From: Scyliorhinus canicula
Lineage: Eukaryota
NCBI RefSeq assembly: GCF_902713615.1
Contig: NC_052160.1
Location: 137,682,737-137,746,736 of the forward strand
Direction: 5' to 3'
DNA: 64,000 bases
Shown: positions 60,690 to 64,000 of the stretch, piece by piece
Layout: every line of letters starts with the position of its first letter
Position numbering within the stretch: position 1 is the first letter of the stretch
Notes under the pieces: generated by a model
What the model saw: the letters and a program-made list of their open reading frames with translations, nothing else
Told to the model about the DNA's origin: nothing
Database searches by the model: none
Made by a program: the position numbers and the translations under genes

Positions 60690-63480
60690 AGTGACTTCCG
60701 GTGGCGGTGATGATCAGCTGAGCCGCACGTTCGGTGGCTCCCGCGGAAGAACGGACTTTGGGGCTCTTTTCAGGGCCCCAACGGAGCTATAGTGGCGAAC
60801 CCCAACAGGGGAAGAAGGCAGGAGGTGTCCCCGACGGTCCCATTGTCCGGACCAGGAGCGGGGCAGGAAGAAACCCAAGGAAAGTGCCTCTGAAAAAACG
60901 GGGGCAGGAAGAAAAAATAGCGGCCGGTGAAGTCCTCGAGGTCCTGAGGAAGTGGGTCCAGGAGCCGTAGGCGACTCTGCTGCGCTGCTTCCAGGAGCTG
61001 AAGCTGGAGCTGCTGGAGTCGCTGAAGGTAACTAACAGGGAGCTGATGGAGACCCAGACAGCCCAGGGGGCTGCGATCCGGGAGCTGCAGCAGCAGGCCT
61101 CCGAAAGGGAGGACAAGGTCGTGGCCGTGGCGGGGAAGGTGGAGATGCACGAGGTGCTCCATAAAAGATGGCAGGAGCGGTTCGAGGACCTAGACAACCG
61201 GTCGAGGAGGAAGAATTTGCGGATCCTGGGCCTCACGGAGGGGCTGGAGGGGTTGGATAGTGGTGGCATTAGATGCGGAGAAGGCCTTCGACAGGGTTGA
61301 GTGGGAGTATTTGTGGGAGGTGTTGGAGAGGTTCGGGTTTGGGGAGGGGTTTATCCAGTGGGTGAGGCTGCTCTACGAGGCCCCGATGGCGAGTGTAGCC
61401 ACAAATAGGAGGAGGTCGGAGTACTTTCGGCTGTACCGGGGGACAAGACAGGGGTGCCCCCTGTCCCCCTTGCTCTTCGCGTTGGCAATTGAGCCCCTGG
61501 CCATGGCATTGAGGGAGTCAGGGAACTGGAGGGGCCTGGTGCGGGGTGGGGAGGAGCATCGAGTGTCACTGTACGCGGACGACCTGTTGCTGTATGTGGC
61601 GGACCCGGTGGGGGGGATGCCGGAGGTGATGAGGATTCTTAGGGAATTCGGGGGTTTCTCGGGGTATAAGTTGAACCTGGGCAAGAGTGAGGTCTTTGTG
61701 GTACATCCGGGGGATCAGGAGGAGGGGATTGGTAGGCTCCCATTGAAGCAGGCAGGGAAGAGCTTCAGGTACCTCGGGGTCCAGGTGGCGGGGAGCTGGG
61801 GGGCCCTGCACAAGCTCAACCTCACAAGGTTGGTGGAGCAGATGGAGTAGGAGTTTAAGAGGTGGGATATGTTACCGCTGTCACTGGCGGGTAGGGTGCA
61901 GTCCGTTAAGATGACGGTGCTCCCGAGGTTTTTGCTCCTGTTCCAGTGCCTCCTCATCCTTATCCCGAAGGTCTTTTTTAGGAGGGTCAACAGGGATTTG
62001 TGTGGGCGCATGGGACTCCGAGGGTTCGAAGACTGTTCCTGGAACGAGGCAGGGATGGGGGGGGGGCTGGCATTGCCCAACCTCTGTGGGTACTATTGGG
62101 CTGCCAACGCAGCGATGGTGCGTAAGTGGGTAATGGACGAGGAGGGGGCAGCATGGAAGAGGATGGAGGCGGCGTCTTCTGTGGGCACGAGCTTGGAGGC
62201 GCTAGTAACGGCGCTGTTGCCGCTCCCTCCAACGAGGTATACCACGAGCCTGGTGGTGGCGGCTACCCTCAAAATTTGGGGGCAATGGAGGCGGCACAGG
62301 GGAGAAATGGGGGGCTCGATGGAGGCCTCGATACGGGGAACCATCGGTTCGTCCCAGGGAGCATTGATGGCGGATTTCTGGGCTGGCACAGGGCAGGGGT
62401 TAGGAGGTTGAGGGACCTGTTTGTGGAGGGAAGGTTCGCGAGTTTGGGGGAGTTAGAGGGGAAGTTTGGGCTCCCCCCGGGGAACATGTTTCAGTACATG
62501 CAGGTTAGGGCGTTTGCCAGGCGGCAGATGGAGGGGTTCCCCTTGTTGCCCCCATGTCGGGTACGGGACAGGGTGCTCTCGGGGGTGTGGGTTGGAGGAG
62601 GGAGGATTTCAGACATATACCGGGTAATGCAGGAGGTAGACGAGTCCTCGGTGGAGGAACTGAAGGGTAAATGGGAAGAGGAGCTGGGTGAGGAGATTGA
62701 GGAGGGGACGTGGGCAGATGCCCTGTAGAGAGTGAATTCCTCCTCTTCCTGTGCGAGGCTTAGCCTCATACAGTTCAAGGTGCTGCATAGGGCCCACATG
62801 ACTGGGACGAGGATGAGTAGGTTTTTCGGGGGCGAGGACAGGTTTGCTAGGTGCTCGGGGAGCCCAGCGAACCACGCCCATATGTTTTGGGCGTGCCCAG
62901 CGTTGGGGGAGTTTTGGAAGGGGGTAGCAAGGACGGTGTCGAGGGTGGTGGGATCCAGGGTCGAGCCAGGCTGGGGACTCGCAATTTTTGGGGTTGCAGT
63001 GGAGCCGGGAGTGCAGGAGGCGATAGAGGCCGGTGTTCTGGCCTTTGCGTCCCAATAGCCTGGCGGAGGATCTTGCTCCAATGGAAGGATGCGAGGCCCC
63101 CAAGCGTGGAGGCCTGGATCTCTGATATGGCGGGATTCATTAAATTGGAGAGGGTGAAATTTGCCCTGAGGGGATCAGTTCAAGGGTTTTTCAGGCGGTG
63201 GCAGCCTTTTCTGGACTTCCTGGCGGAACGGTAGGGAGATAGGCCGACAGCAGCAGCAACCCGGGAGGGGGGGGGAGGGGGGTAAGGAGTGGGGGGAGGT
63301 AGAACTGTGCACATGGGCTGGTGGAGGGTGCTATCTCTTTTCCTTTCGTTGTCTGGGTGCTCTTTTGTTTTTTTTGTGTTTTTTTTTTGTTTTTGTTCTT
63401 TCCTTTTGTTTGAAGTTGCTCTTGAAGCTGGGGGGGTATTGTTCATGGGGTGTTACCGCGGTTGTTTGTTTCCTTAAATG
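60690..63480 (+). mobile_element. L1-clade LINE with 5' end, partial ORF1, internal deletion, RT and C-terminus; degenerate
   Basis: ORF1 coiled coil ending LDNRSRRKNLRILGL joins directly to RT (LDAEKAFDRVEW, GTRQGCPLSPLLF, YADDLLL) and the C-terminus (WQPFL). Contains stops and frameshifts. Confidence 0.9.
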
Positions 63481-64000
63481 TTTAAACCTTTGTGTGTAAG
63501 CTCCAGGCATTAGTTCATATGTACCGAAGATGGATTTTTTCACCTCCTCATATGTCCCAGATACCTCCTCCAGTAATGATGCAAACACTCACTTGCTCTC
63601 CCTACCAGCTTTGTTTGAATCAATAATACCCACGTGTCCTGTGGCCATTTCATTTGTTTAGCTACCTTCTCAAATGAAATGAAAAAGGCTTATACCTCCT
63701 TCTCATCAAACCTTGGCAATGCTTGGGCCTATTTAAATAGATTCCCACCAAGCCTTCGACTGTGACGCTTTTTCTCACTATCGTCATCACTATCCTCCAA
63801 CTGTACGTTTTCCTTTACGTCTGCCAATTTTAATTGACTGTTATGTTTCATAGCCATTTTCTGAAGTTCAAACTCTCTCTCTTTTTCCTTTTCCTCTCTA
63901 TCTCTTTCTTTTTGTTCTGCTAGAGCTATTCTTTCTTTGTTTCTTTCTGCTCTCTCCTTTTCCTTTTCCCCGATCTGTATCTCCCTCTCTTTCTTTTTCT
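63480..64000 (-). mobile_element. Gypsy gag fragment (SCAN-like capsid type)
   Basis: The minus strand reads FFISFEKVAKQMKWPQDTWVLLIQ...YEEVKKSIFGTYELMPGAYTQRF, preceded by a purine-rich coiled-coil-like stretch. Confidence 0.7.

Overview
This is vertebrate genomic DNA, most likely from a cartilaginous fish, judged from HE1-like V-SINEs and the CR1, L1, Penelope and Gypsy repeat content. It contains two 136-nt N gaps. The main content is a head-to-tail, plus-strand tandem cluster of three paralogous immune-type receptor genes. The ORF track misses them as genes because they are split into short exons. Genes A (8221-19430) and B (23327-37385) each assemble, with consistent intron phases and GT-AG boundaries, into a 284-aa protein: signal peptide, two V-type Ig domains with the extra CX7C pair seen in the CD300/pIgR/TREM group, an 11-aa stalk, a transmembrane segment containing Arg, and a very short tail with no signalling motif. 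Gene C (from 49030) shows only its leader and first Ig exon before nested retroelements fill the rest of the window. Between paralogs the distal Ig domain is highly divergent and almost entirely by non-synonymous change, while the proximal domain is nearly identical. All three genes share a promoter module (ATTGG, GATA and Ets/PU.1-like motifs) with identical spacing. The remainder is transposon-derived sequence, minisatellites and a young foldback-like element. No RNA genes or CRISPR arrays are supported. Exon models come from manual splice and phase inspection, with no transcript evidence.
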